Below are positions 49,551 through 61,539 of a DNA stretch of 64,000 bases, in pieces; position 1 is the first letter of the stretch; the number at the start of each line of letters is the position of its first letter. The notes beneath the pieces were generated by a model that was not told the origin of the DNA, made no database searches, and saw only the letters and a program-made list of their open reading frames with translations. Position numbers and translations under genes: made by a program. The DNA is from Tubulanus polymorphus (Eukaryota > Animalia > Nemertea), in contig NC_134028.1 of assembly GCF_964204645.1 (NCBI RefSeq), positions 26,532,345 to 26,596,344 of the forward strand. Direction: 5' to 3'.

Positions 49551-52500
49551 CTAATCGCAGGTCATCAGTTTGTAGAATTCTGCAAATAAATAACGTACAT
49601 GCATTATACATTTTTAAATTGTAATTTTTTTTATAATTATTTCAACATACAACATTTATATCGAAATGAAATATATATTGATATTGATATTCATAAGGTT
49701 TTCTGGTTGTTTTTTCAAATGTTATATTTCTGAATAAATCAGTCTGCGCGATACGCTTTTATTTCGGTGACGTTGAAGTGAGTAAAATTAGATTAATCTT
49801 TACTTTTAGAATGATCGCAGGCCCCACGTCGTGACCAAATGTTTACGGAATGTCCAATTCAAATTCAAATCAAGATGAGTTTCATAGATATAAACCGCCA
49901 TACGATAAGAAACCATGATAATAATTGATGATACATTCCATCTCCAAATTGGCCACAGGCATTTTTCTGCCCCCCCCCCCTCACACCTATGAAGCCGAGC
50001 CTTGGAATTCGCTTGCAGCCTCTGAGGCAATGTATTCGTCTCGCCTTGTGATGACAGGAGCCGTCTGCCGTGTATATTTTGTTTTTTTTATGATTAAAAC
50101 CGACAAAAAGTCAGGCCCGTAGCGAACCATCCCGCAAAAATTTAATTTCCGCTCGATTAGAATTCAAAAAGAAAAACAGAAACGTTACATTCGCGCGTAT
50201 ATTAGATTTGTTCATTAATTAAGACCTTCGTTATCAACGGAAATCACTCAGAGCGCATATCCGTGCATCTAATCTTCAAAATTTTCTTGGCCGAAAGAAA
50301 CATATCCATAAACAACCTTTTAGTTGCAACCGAGCTAAAAACAATTCCGTACGCTACGAGCCTGAAAAGGGAATATTCAATTAGCGAGTAGTAAAAAAAT
50401 TACCATCGAAATCGACACTTCCACTGCCGTCAATATCTGTATTCCGGATCATGTCATCAATATCATCGCTAGTGGTCGTTGAATCTTTAACATTTTCCAA
50501 AATCCACCTCAAATCCTCCGTTGAAATTTCACCTTTCTTCTGTTTGTCGAGAACTTTGAATGCGCTTAACAGTTCACGGTAGTCGGTATCTTCTTTCAAC
50601 TTCTTACCGTAAAGATAGAGGAATCCTTCGATATCGATGTAACCAGTAGCTATAATTACGACAAAATATTTTAGCCGAACCCAGTTCGGAAAAGTACGTG
50701 TATTCTTTCCCAAACTTTGATATTTAATCGTAGTTACCTTCTGAATCGACCATATCAGCCCATTCTTTCAGCTTGTCACCTTTTACAGTCAGTTTCAAAT
50801 TAGTGAACGCTGGACCGAGATCGTTACTGGATATCTTGTCAATTGATTTCTTGTCGAACTTCTTGAAACAGTCTTTGGCAACTGAAAAATATTCACAAAA
50901 GATTCGAAATTTATTCTAAGAGAGGGAAGACATTACGAAACGGAGTTTTTCAAATAAGACGAGAAGATACACAATATCCGTGTATGATGATGACGAGAGA
51001 AATCCCACAATAACGAAGCCAAGATTGAAAAATTCTATATCAGAATGATTATATTTGAGGTGCGACGTTTCGGCTAACAACTGTTAGCCATTATCAGGCG
51101 TAACAACTGTTAGCCATCATCAGGCGTAACTATTGTTAGCCATCATGAGGCATAACTATTGTTAGCCATCATGAGGCATAACTATTGTTAGCCATCATGA
51201 GGCATAACTATTGTTAGCCATCATGAGGCGTAACTATTGTTAGCCATCATGAGGCGTAACTATTGTTAGCCATCATGAGGCGTAACTATTGTTAGCCATC
51301 ATCAGGCGTAACTATTGTTAGCCATCATGAGGCATAACTATTGTTAGCCATCATGAGGCATAACTATTGTTAGCCATCATGAGGCGTAACTATTGTTAGC
51401 CATCATCAGGCGTAACTATTGTTAGCCATCATCAGGCGTAACTATTGTTAGCCATCATCAGGCGTAACTATTGTTAGCCATCATCAGGCGTAACTATTGT
51501 TAGCCATCATCAGGCGTAATGAATTAACTGAAAATTAACCGGTTTTCCAAATGTGCGCTTTTGCTGTATGTAATAACTTAAAAATCCAGTCATTCATTCA
51601 TGATATGATATGATTTATTTTTCATATAAAATTCTTACGGTATTTAGAAATGTAATAATATTAGATGAATGACAGCTTTGAAGCAACAGTTACCCTACAC
51701 AAGAAAGCTGCCGTAAGAAAAGAAAGTAAAATAAACTAAAGAGAAGAATTGAATAGGAAAGGAAAATCGATATAATACGGATCATAATATAACATATATG
51801 ATAACCTTATACTGACGTATATACACATGATAAATATAATAATATATATCTTTTTAAAGTGTTTTGTAATGCTGTATTTCTCCTTCACAAATTCGACCGA
51901 AAGTTTGATCGTGTCGAAACATATCAACTTCTATCAAAACTTGATTATAGCTTCTGTATCTTAAGTTGCAATAGTTTATTTTGATAAGGAAAACTCTTCC
52001 TGGATGATGAATTCAATTAACAGTAAAATGAAAAATGTACGTGTCTATTTTCGAATTATCATAAAACCAAACGCGTCAGATTGTATAAATTTCATGACAT
52101 AGTGTCCTAGCAGGAATTATACAGTCCGTTAAGTACAAAACCATAACAACTGTAGATGTATTATTCTAATTTTTACGTGTCGTTAGGTTTATTCTTTTGA
52201 AACCGAATAGATATAGAAAAGGTTTAAATGAACTCCTTTTGAACTCCTAATCTAATTTAAATAACTGTAATGATGTCTTTTCATTAGTTAAACCATTGTA
52301 TGTCGGTAGAATTGCGCGGTCCACTCGACGTGGAGAACAGATAATAAGTGTAAAACCCATTATATACAGAATTTAATAGATTAAAAGCGAGATTTATCTA
52401 TCAAGAATTAAAATCAAAATACACAACGTTTCAAACTGGTTGTAAGCCATCGTTTCTAGTTATCACACTTGACGATGATCTGTTCGAATCGTCGTGTATC

Positions 52501-53699
52501 TTGATTTTAATCCTTGCTGAATACAATTCGTTCTTAATCTTTTAAATTCTGTTTACTTTTTGGGTTTTATATTAACCAATGAATTTCAATCTCTGCTACG
52601 ATTACATTTCGTCAGCCAAAGAGCTATATTTATTCATATGCTGCGTGACGATTATTGTTGATGGTACGCACCAGTTGGGTGCATGCGAGACGTGCGTTGA
52701 AGTAGGAGGTTTAAATATATCTCAAGCTGATATTATGAGAAGCTTCAACGAGCGCGCGAGGAATCCACGAGTTCAACACACGGTTACCAAATAAGGCGTC
52801 TATTTACATCTCTGCAGCGTTCCTCCATCTTGAATACAAGTTATCAGCCACAATATATGAAGCCGAAATGTTCAACGCACCATCGTATCAGAATCATAAT
52901 TCCAAACACATTTTTACAGCCGTGGACATAAGAGTTGAAATCTAGGGTCTGATTCAGGGAGGGGTGCATCCCCGAAAAAGGGCATATCATAAACTCAAAA
53001 GGAAAACCCACATTAAAAGCTCGTCGGAAAAACGTTATTTAATTTTTGGAAATACAGAGAACAAGCTTAAGAATTTTTTTATGCAAATCCCTAGCACCCT
53101 CCACTTGGATACATCCCCGGAATGTGTTTTCTATTCCATAGATTTTATACTCACCTTCAATCTGTGAGTCAGACACCTCGAAATCGTCAATTTTCATCGG
53201 CTGAAATTGTATTAGTCTACATGTTAGGAGGTCTGGAAGTTCACGAAACATTTACTGTTGAATAAACAACGTTCACTTTGGACAGTTCTACAATATCTGA
53301 GCCTCTAAATCAATTTATATATCTATATAGAATAATCTTGAATATTTATCACCCGTTCGTGAGAAGTGTGAAAAATAGGGAAACAATTCGAACACAAAAT
53401 AGTAATACTATAGCATAGAATTGTGTGTAAATAGATTATAATAATTATAATGATAAATGACGAAAATATCTAATTACGAATATATTCATTCATGCTATAG
53501 TCAAACTCGCTTGAGGCGTTGTATAGTTTGGACGATCATTTTGTTAATGACTTGTCCAAATGACCACTTAGTAAATTGAATTGGAAACACAAATTGAAAC
53601 TAAAAAAACAACTTTCGTCATTTGACGTCTTCGTAACCGATGATGACTTAGCGGTGAATTTGACAGTAATTTATATATGTTTTTGTGAAAACTTACCAT
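49551..53699 (-). CDS. Troponin C (lophotrochozoan/molluscan type)
   Basis: Exons 53697-53699 (ATG), 53155-53200, 50738-50881, 50404-50649, 49551-49579. Motifs KLKEWADMVDSEATG, AFKVLDK, EDLRWIL and DIDGSGSVDFDEF match molluscan TnC; only EF-hand IV is canonical. Confidence 0.85.
51076..51517. repeat. 26-bp minisatellite x17 derived from half of a hammerhead-like motif
   Basis: Unit AACTATTGTTAGCCATCAT(C/G)AGGC(G/A)T; the minus strand reads CCTGATGATGGCTAAC..., and the terminal unit continues GTTAGCCGAAACGTC. Confidence 0.92.
52352..52568. mobile_element. Degenerate long inverted repeat, probable Penelope-like terminal remnant
   Basis: Arms of about 80 bp pair imperfectly; contains ACAC-TTGACGA-tgatctgttc-GAATCGTC-GTGT, a decayed minimal hammerhead. 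Confidence 0.45.
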
Positions 53700-55705
53700 T
53701 TTGATAGAGTTTTAGGATCCGAACTGCGACGAAAGACTCACTGTACCTGAAACTGCGCAACTGATGCGGTAACTACGTATGTATTCACGGTGGCTGCGCT
53801 CGATACCAAGACCTATTTCTAGCTATATATAAATACACACGTTTCTGCTCTCTGGATGCTGCTCTACCCCTGGTATATACCACATTAACCATCTTCATCT
53901 CGAGTATTTATATCATCATACCCGTATACACTGCAATATCACCATCTAAATCTGACCATCTCATACAGTATGTTTTCACTTAACTTGAGCTCGATGTTAA
54001 GAAATTGAATTGAATTTTCTCATTCTGCATCCATGAAATTCGTATACAGTCTAAAAACTAACTGAAGTATTCAAAATTTGTGTAGAAAAGAAGTGTTGAA
54101 ATGTCTGAGACAGTCTGTAGTACAAATTGTGAAAACTGTAAGGTTGCGGTAGCTCTATGTCTTTCCGTTAATCGAACAGTATGGAAATCAAAACTTAAAA
54201 TAAACTTTTCAATTCCACGCTCTCTGAATGGAGGTTGTGAATTTAAATATTGTGGGGATGCATTAGAGCCTGAGAACTGAGTCAATCAGGGCTTAGTGAC
54301 GCTCTTATGTAATAGTTTAAACGTCGCCTCACGTTGGCGTCATTTCATTTCAATATTGATCGGTACCGTTTCGATGTTGGCTGAAAAAGTCTTTCTTTCG
54401 ATGGAATATTTCATCGCATCCCCTTTGCACCAAAAATTGTAAAAATAAAACTGTTTTGTAGAAATAAATAAAAAGATAAAGTGCACTTGGTCAAAAGGGG
54501 GCACACTTCTCCTGCTCCCTAGATCCGCAGCTTAATATTTTCGGCAAATAACACGATATAAATCATATGATATTCACGATCAATATATCGATAATTGAAT
54601 CGTTTAACCCCGATATATTGATGACGTAGTGCACATCCTCTCAAAAATAATTATTAAAATATATCAAAGATAAAATAAGTTATTAAATATATCTAATTAC
54701 AAAATAAACGCCAAAATTGACAATTGAATTTTTTTTGAAACACCAATATTGATGACGTAGTGCACGTCGACTAACAAATGTATATAAACATGGTTTTCAA
54801 GGCGTCAAAAAGCGACGATACTGAGTGGATCACATACAGTGCTGCATACGCCCCCTATTGGATTTAGAAAAACTTCTAAACATTCGTGCAACGCGTTATT
54901 AGACAAGTTCAAACATGCGATCAAATCAACAGCTATTTCTGTGGCCTTGCTCGCAAACACCACACGAAAGATGTATAATATAAAGGGTTTTGATATTAGA
55001 AAATATGATAAATGAATAGAATTGGAGAAATATCTTGCTTTGAAATGAAATGTTCTTTAAAAATCTTCGTGGGGATTTTTACCTACTTTGTAGAATCGGG
55101 GGATTTTACCTAGGGTATTCTTACCTGCATTCGCTTACCGGTGCCTCATACACACGATCCCAGGGACGATGATTTCTCAAAGTGCACGCATCCTCTGAGA
55201 CCAAAGCGTCCTGGGCGACATAGGATGTTTTGATTCCTTTAAAGAATGTTTCACCAACAACTAATAAAACAGAAATCCGCAGCAGAAGATTCAGCTTACA
55301 TTATCTTTAATGTCATTGAAGTGCCTAGAAATTGTGTGAAAATGCACTGAAATCTCTAAATGTTTCGGGCCCCTTTTTTGGCTAGACGGTTGCCCCGCGT
55401 GGAAACTTACCCTTATTAACTGTATGTAACTGTATGCCATTTTGTGCTGTGAAAGTCTGGCCCTGGATCCGCCATTGATTTCATCTCTATTACATCTTAT
55501 TCGTGTGAACGCAGCAATTAAAGCGCAGATCTTAACGCGTTGTGACGTCACAATAACAATAGACTGTAGGATGCAGACGAACAGAATCGTCTGCAGCGTT
55601 ATTGAGCAGCGGAAAAATTACTGAGAGCGAGTTTTGATATTGATATGCATTGACACAGCAGATACTGATTCACCTGGGTCTATCAGTGATTAGCATTTAA
55701 AAGTC

Positions 55706-58700
55706 ATGGTAAGTTTTAGAATACATTATCTACATTCACGGGGCTGTTTTTATAAACTGCATCAACTGTAAACCGGGGGCTAACTTAAAGGTTACAGTTA
55801 AAAGATTCAGATTTAGTTGCTCCAGAAAATATACAATTTTTGGAGCTTAGGATAACAAAAAAATAAACATCTGGGTCTGGTTTTACAAAGTGTAGTTAAC
55901 TTAAATTAAGGACCTAAATCATAAGTAAATTTCCTCAATGATGATTAGTTAACTGAGCCCTGGGTTCGATTCGAAACATGTTTTATTTTCTAAATTAAAT
56001 TCACCTTTTTGGAAGATGTGAAGAGGTAAATAAAATATTCAATAATTATTATCTCAAAATAAATATTTTAGGTATTGAAATGATAGATCTATATGTAAAA
56101 GGTGATAGTTTTCATGTATGTATTTGAATGTGGATTTGTAACATGACATTTTTAAACCTTTTCCAATTTCTCATTTTTGGCAAAATCTTCCGATAAATCA
56201 CGTGCGATGAGATGCTTTTGAATCTCTTCGGAGAGCCGATTTGGTTTAGGCGATTCTGGCTTCATAACGAGCTTCCATTATTTATCCATCCGGCAGGGTT
56301 CGTACAATTAGAAATTGATTAATGCTGAACTGGAGAGAATTTCAACACGAACAAAAGCGTTCAATAAGTAATTGTGAATAAAGCGATCTTGAATAAAAAT
56401 GTCGAGCGCTGCACTACTTCACTTATAGGTTGGGCAACTTTATAACCTGATGTCAGTACAACCATTTCCCTGGTATCTAGCTAGAAATAAACCAGTCAAT
56501 TAGAATCTGCCAATATACGTTACTGCAATTTAATTATACATTATGTATCACACCGATTGGATTTTTGCACATCGAAAAGCTCGGAAACCTATCGCTGCTC
56601 GTATACATATACATATATATATATATATATCTCATAACCTTAAGAAAGTTTAAAACCTTGTATCCAGAGTTCACGTTACACGAGCTTCATATGTAATGTA
56701 CACAACAAAATATACACAGGATATGAAATATTCGCAAATAATAACTGATGTTTATAGCGAAAAACTTCGTGCTCACCTGGTTCTATTCTTTCATTTTCTG
56801 ACATACCGCAAAATCCCGCAGCTTCACAGTTCAGTTAATAGATGATGATACTGGACCGCGTTGATAATGTATATGTACAAACGCGTTTATTTTTCCTCGT
56901 ATGAAAATATATGGAATAAGTTCATCTTCACCTACACTCAGACGCTGTAGCCTGGTGTAATCATTCTTATGTTAATTCCCATCTTTCGTGAATACTAGTG
57001 CATATTGTTCTACAGAGGCTAAAATCTATGTCCTTGGTAATGCCTATACCTTTTTCGAGTTAGGAGAACAAATTAATACCTCCTTGGAATTGAGAATAGA
57101 CCTCGCAATGTGGGTCTGATTAGAAACTCTTGTTACCACAACAGACTGGACACCAGTCACAACACCAGAGGGGAGAGGGGAGGGGGAGAGGGGAGAGGGG
57201 AGAGGGGAGAGGGGAGAGGGGAGAGGGGAGAGGGGAGAGGGGAGAGGGGAGAGGGGAGAGGGGAGAGTGGAGAGTTATAACAAGGTTATCAATAAATGAA
57301 CTCTGTTCTCCTTGAATCAGTTTTTTTTCCGTGCGAATTCATCATCTCAGAAAGAATCAATAAGCGAAGCTTTTTAAAGTAGGACACGATATGAATTGTG
57401 TTGAGTCAAGAGCTCAGAGATTTAGCAATTAATTGGTTAACGGGACAAGGGTTTTCAAAATTTCATGAAACTCAAAAGAACTGTAATATTCAGAGACGCG
57501 TGCATGCGTTCAGATTCATTTCATCGCGTTCGAAGGTCACTTCGGAATCACGTGACGTACTATCTCAAGGCAGTCTCCTGAACCGCGTGCGTGTATTTTC
57601 AAAATACGCAAATACATTACATTATTACGTTATCATTCGTGACCAAGATGGCAGAAGAGCTCACTTTTCACTCGTGACAAAATTCCATTAAAACCCAATT
57701 CTCATTAACACGATAAAATTCGCCACCGGGGGACCAAGTTCCGTTCTCGCTTAAGGTCGACCCAGGAAGATTGAAAATTAGAACATTAAAAACGGTTTAG
57801 TTTCAGTTTTTGAATTTTAACCGACAATTTTCGAACTGGTTTCAAAATCGTAAAACTGATCCCCGTGATTTCTTTCAAATTCATTGAATATCGATTAAGA
57901 TTTCGATTAAAGGGAATCCGACGCTTCTGAATCGCGATGAATATAAACCTGTCATTTCTAGAAGAGGCCGCGGAAGTAAACAAAAAAAAAACGTATACTC
58001 GAAGACAATGTCTACAAAGTGAATGATTACAGCAAATAATCCAAGTAATAGACAACTGTAGGGATTCCTTACGTACAAGATTCTTAGATATTATCATTTA
58101 TAAAATGAACAGGCGGAAAAATGTTTACTTTAAAGGTGTTCGATGAATATGTGCGCGCTGGATCTTATATACATTTTATATGACTTGTTTGAAAAACTCG
58201 TTTTTGGAAAAAACGGAAAAGAACGATTTCATCGGATACGCACACGAAGCTATCGCCATCACCTTGTTTCCTAATTAGAAGCGAAATGAAATATCTTGCT
58301 TGATATTATGCATTAGATCTACATTTTATTTCAAATGGTTGTTAAGTAGGTGCTGCACTAATGTAGAATGATGACGTAAGTACGTCTGAAGTGACAGATC
58401 CATTATACATGCGTTATATACGGTTCTTTTTTCAGGAACGCAAAAACCTGACCGATGAACAAATAGGAGGTACGTACGTCATCACTTTAATTATCATCGA
58501 AAAATCGAGCCGATATAAACACAGAGATTCAACGCCGACTAAACCTTTAGTTTGATGGCAGTCTCTAGATAGATGCGTGCGCTAGCGACCGGCGATCCAA
58601 GTGGTGCTCAGCGGGTTGAGGGAGTTATAGATATCCGTTTTAGTTTTTGGCATTATGAATCGTTACACTAACGTCATCGCTATGTAGAGTAACGACTTCT

Positions 58701-60950
58701 TTAGGAGTTCGGGTTATCCACTGTATTTCCCCATAGATGCAGTTTACATCACCATTAACACTCTGATGTGATGGGATGATAATACAGAGAATCCTTCACT
58801 AATAGTGAAAACCAAAGAAGTCCTTGGTTTCACATCGTCACTATTCTCAATTGTTGCGTTCAAAAATTCCAAGAATCGCCAGCAAATATCTGCATTTCAT
58901 TTCCCTTTAAAATGGTGTATAAATCGATTTCGTCGAGCAAGGGACTGCAGAACTATATGATATTCAATCTAAACTTATGTTTTAAAATTGAGCGCAAATT
59001 ATCGCAACAATAGGGACCTCGAGGGACCGCCACAAAATGGCGCCTAGAAACTGGAAACTTCTTTATTGTATACAGTTTACATACATTATTGTGTTCCAAA
59101 ATAGAGAAACTAAAGTTAAAGATATTCTAAAGTCAGTGACTCTAAAATCACTTATCATAGATATTACTATCCGTTAGAATATCAGATATTGTTGTTTCTT
59201 CAGAGTTCAGAGAAGCATTTTCGTTGTTCGATAAAAATGCGGACGGTTCAATAACGACAGGCGAACTGGGAACAGTGATGCGATCATTGGGTCAAAATCC
59301 TACAGAAAATGAATTACAAGACATGATCAACGAGGTCGATGCCGATGGTAAGTCTCGCCGTCTTATCACTAACACTTACCACGCTATTCTGTTTGGAGAG
59401 GTGTATGCGAGAGACCGAGTGGTATTGGTTCAAATCCTGGTGGCAACAGCGGTAAGGTCAAAAGTCTTTCTATGGCCTCTCTTCTCTTAATCAGAAAAGA
59501 AACCTCCAGTCGACACCGATGGTAAACATCATCGTCTTACCAGTAACACTCACCACAGTCGGTTTCCTATAAGGGATCAATTTTGTTTACTGATGCCGGG
59601 TAGCGTTTGGGTTCGAATTCGATGGTGACAGGTTTTCGTGGACAAATATTCTATGACCTCTCTCCAAAAGGAAAACCCTCGGTTGTGCTCAGCGGGTTGA
59701 GGGGAAAACATCGAACCTGCACCGAGTGGTGCTATTTAGGGATAAAAAGGTGAATTTTCTCTTGTCATTTCAAGGGAACGGAACGATTGATTTTGAAGAA
59801 TTTCTGCACATGATGGCTCGTAAAATAAAAGATACGGACAGCGAGGAGGAACTGAGAGAAGCATTTCGAGTATTTGATAAAGATGGTAACGGTTTCATAA
59901 GCGCCGCAGAATTGAGACACGTGATGACGAATTTAGGCGAGAAACTCAGCGATGAAGAGGTCGATGAAATGATTAAAGAAGCAGATCTTGACGGCGACGG
60001 GATGGTTAATTATGAAGGTAGGAATTCGTCTCAACAGGGTCGGGTCCAGGCGCCAAGTTTGAAAGACTCGTCACTACCAAAAATTGACACTTCGATGTCC
60101 GATTTTCATGTTGAATATAGTCATCCTCCCCCGGCAGGGATTCGAATCTGATGGCATCGAGATTGCCACGGCACGAAACCCTGCCATAATCGACCGTGTG
60201 CGCAGATACATGCGCAGTTCAGATGATGTGATTTTTAGCCAATCAGATATCCCGTTTTATTTTAGCCCGGGTTTTCCCATTTATAGTTCTTCCTTGAATT
60301 TGCCTCAACGATTATACAACGAGCAATCTGATTGGTGCCGCCAGTTTTCGTTCGGAAAGCTGCGCATGTACCTGCGCACCCGGTCTACTGATGCAGGGGT
60401 TCGTGCCGTGACTGAGTGTAGCGATGCCATCAGGTTCGAGTCCCTGCAGAGGGAGGATGAATATAGTGTGCTTCTTACACGAAAGCAATTTTCCCCCAAA
60501 GCGCCATCATTTCATTGAAATAATTGACTTGTTATATATAGTACCTAGTATACTTTAAGTGATTATCGTCAGGCCCATGTTGTCGTTCATGGTGTTGATT
60601 ACCACAGTATATATGTAGTATTTTTGATGTGCCTGACTTATTCTATCTATGTGGGTCTTGCGAGTCTAAAACATCGCGTACACTTATAACTGTCCATTGC
60701 TAATGTAATTTTCACGTTTTGCTTTGACATGAATTATTGTGTGTGTAATGATATAAAAGCAACTCGATCTTCACATTTTTGTATCGTGGAAAGATCGTGT
60801 TGAGGAATAACCGATAATTTAAACAGTTACTCTCGCTCGACGACACGTTCTCAAAGCGATCTACCAGTGACGTATATTTCTCTTTCCGGACTCAGTTTAG
60901 TCTCCGATTGTTTTTTTGTAGAATTCGTGCAAATGATGACGGCCAAGTGA
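55706..60950 (+). CDS. Calmodulin-like protein (non-canonical calmodulin paralog), 150 aa
   Basis: Exons 55706-55708 (ATG|gtaagt, inferred), 58436-58469, 59204-59347, 59775-60017, 60922-60950 give [31 protein letters not shown]...[12 protein letters not shown]; four EF-hands. Confidence 0.92.
57168..57267. repeat. (GGGGAGA)n purine microsatellite
   Basis: About 13-14 heptamer copies; potential G-quadruplex. Confidence 0.92.
60122..60459. mobile_element. Palindromic MITE with CA..TG ends and an 8-bp TSD (hAT/P-type); a deleted relative lies at 17241-17406
   Basis: Long imperfect TIRs CATCCTCCCCCGGCAGGGATTCGAA / TTCGAGTCCCTGCAGAGGGAGGATG; AATATAGT duplicated at 60114-60121 and 60460-60467. 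Confidence 0.82.
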
Positions 60951-61539
60951 TCAATTGAACGCTGGACAAATCAATCAACCATTCCAGATTTAGCATGTTA
61001 TACACGATACGCTGTTTACACGAGTCCGTGTTCGTATCTGTTATACGAGCGTCACGTTTACACACAGAAGTCGAATGATGAAAATTGTATCTCCTGAAAT
61101 AGGAAATCAGCGAGTAGTTTTTTTTTGGGGAACATTGTATAAAACGCAGCTTCATTCGAAATCGTTTCTCATATTATAATCAATTGTATCTACATCTAAT
61201 TTCAGTTCTTAATAAACGATGGATTTATTCGAAGTTTTCTTACAAATTTCTACTATTTCGATCGGTTTGATACGAGTTGATTCACTCTTCGCTTCTCGAG
61301 GATAACATGTATGCTAGAACGGCTCGGGGTGAGGCTCAACGGGCGATTTCTTGAGTTAAAGGAGTGATATTCGAAGCTTTTTCAGGTTTAATCTCATCCG
61401 CGCGTGTGCATTCAATCGTCATACGGGATGTGACCAGATTTGTACGTGCGCATCGACCATGTTGTACTTATCAGAACTGATAAACCTTCATGTATATTCA
61501 CGAGAATCGTTTAGAGGTTCTTCAGGAGTCAGTTCAAAT

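Noticed and set aside
51076-51517. Possible CRISPR array (regular repeats of CRISPR-like length)
   Set aside because: Head-to-tail units with no unique spacers, eukaryotic intron context, no cas genes.
57647-57677. ATG GCA GAA GAG CTC ACT (MAEELT), resembling a calmodulin N-terminus
   Set aside because: Stops after nine codons, no suitable donor; more likely an AAGATGGC (YY1-like) motif or chance.
60084-60518. 144-aa ORF
   Set aside because: Lies within the palindromic MITE and has no transposase-like motifs.
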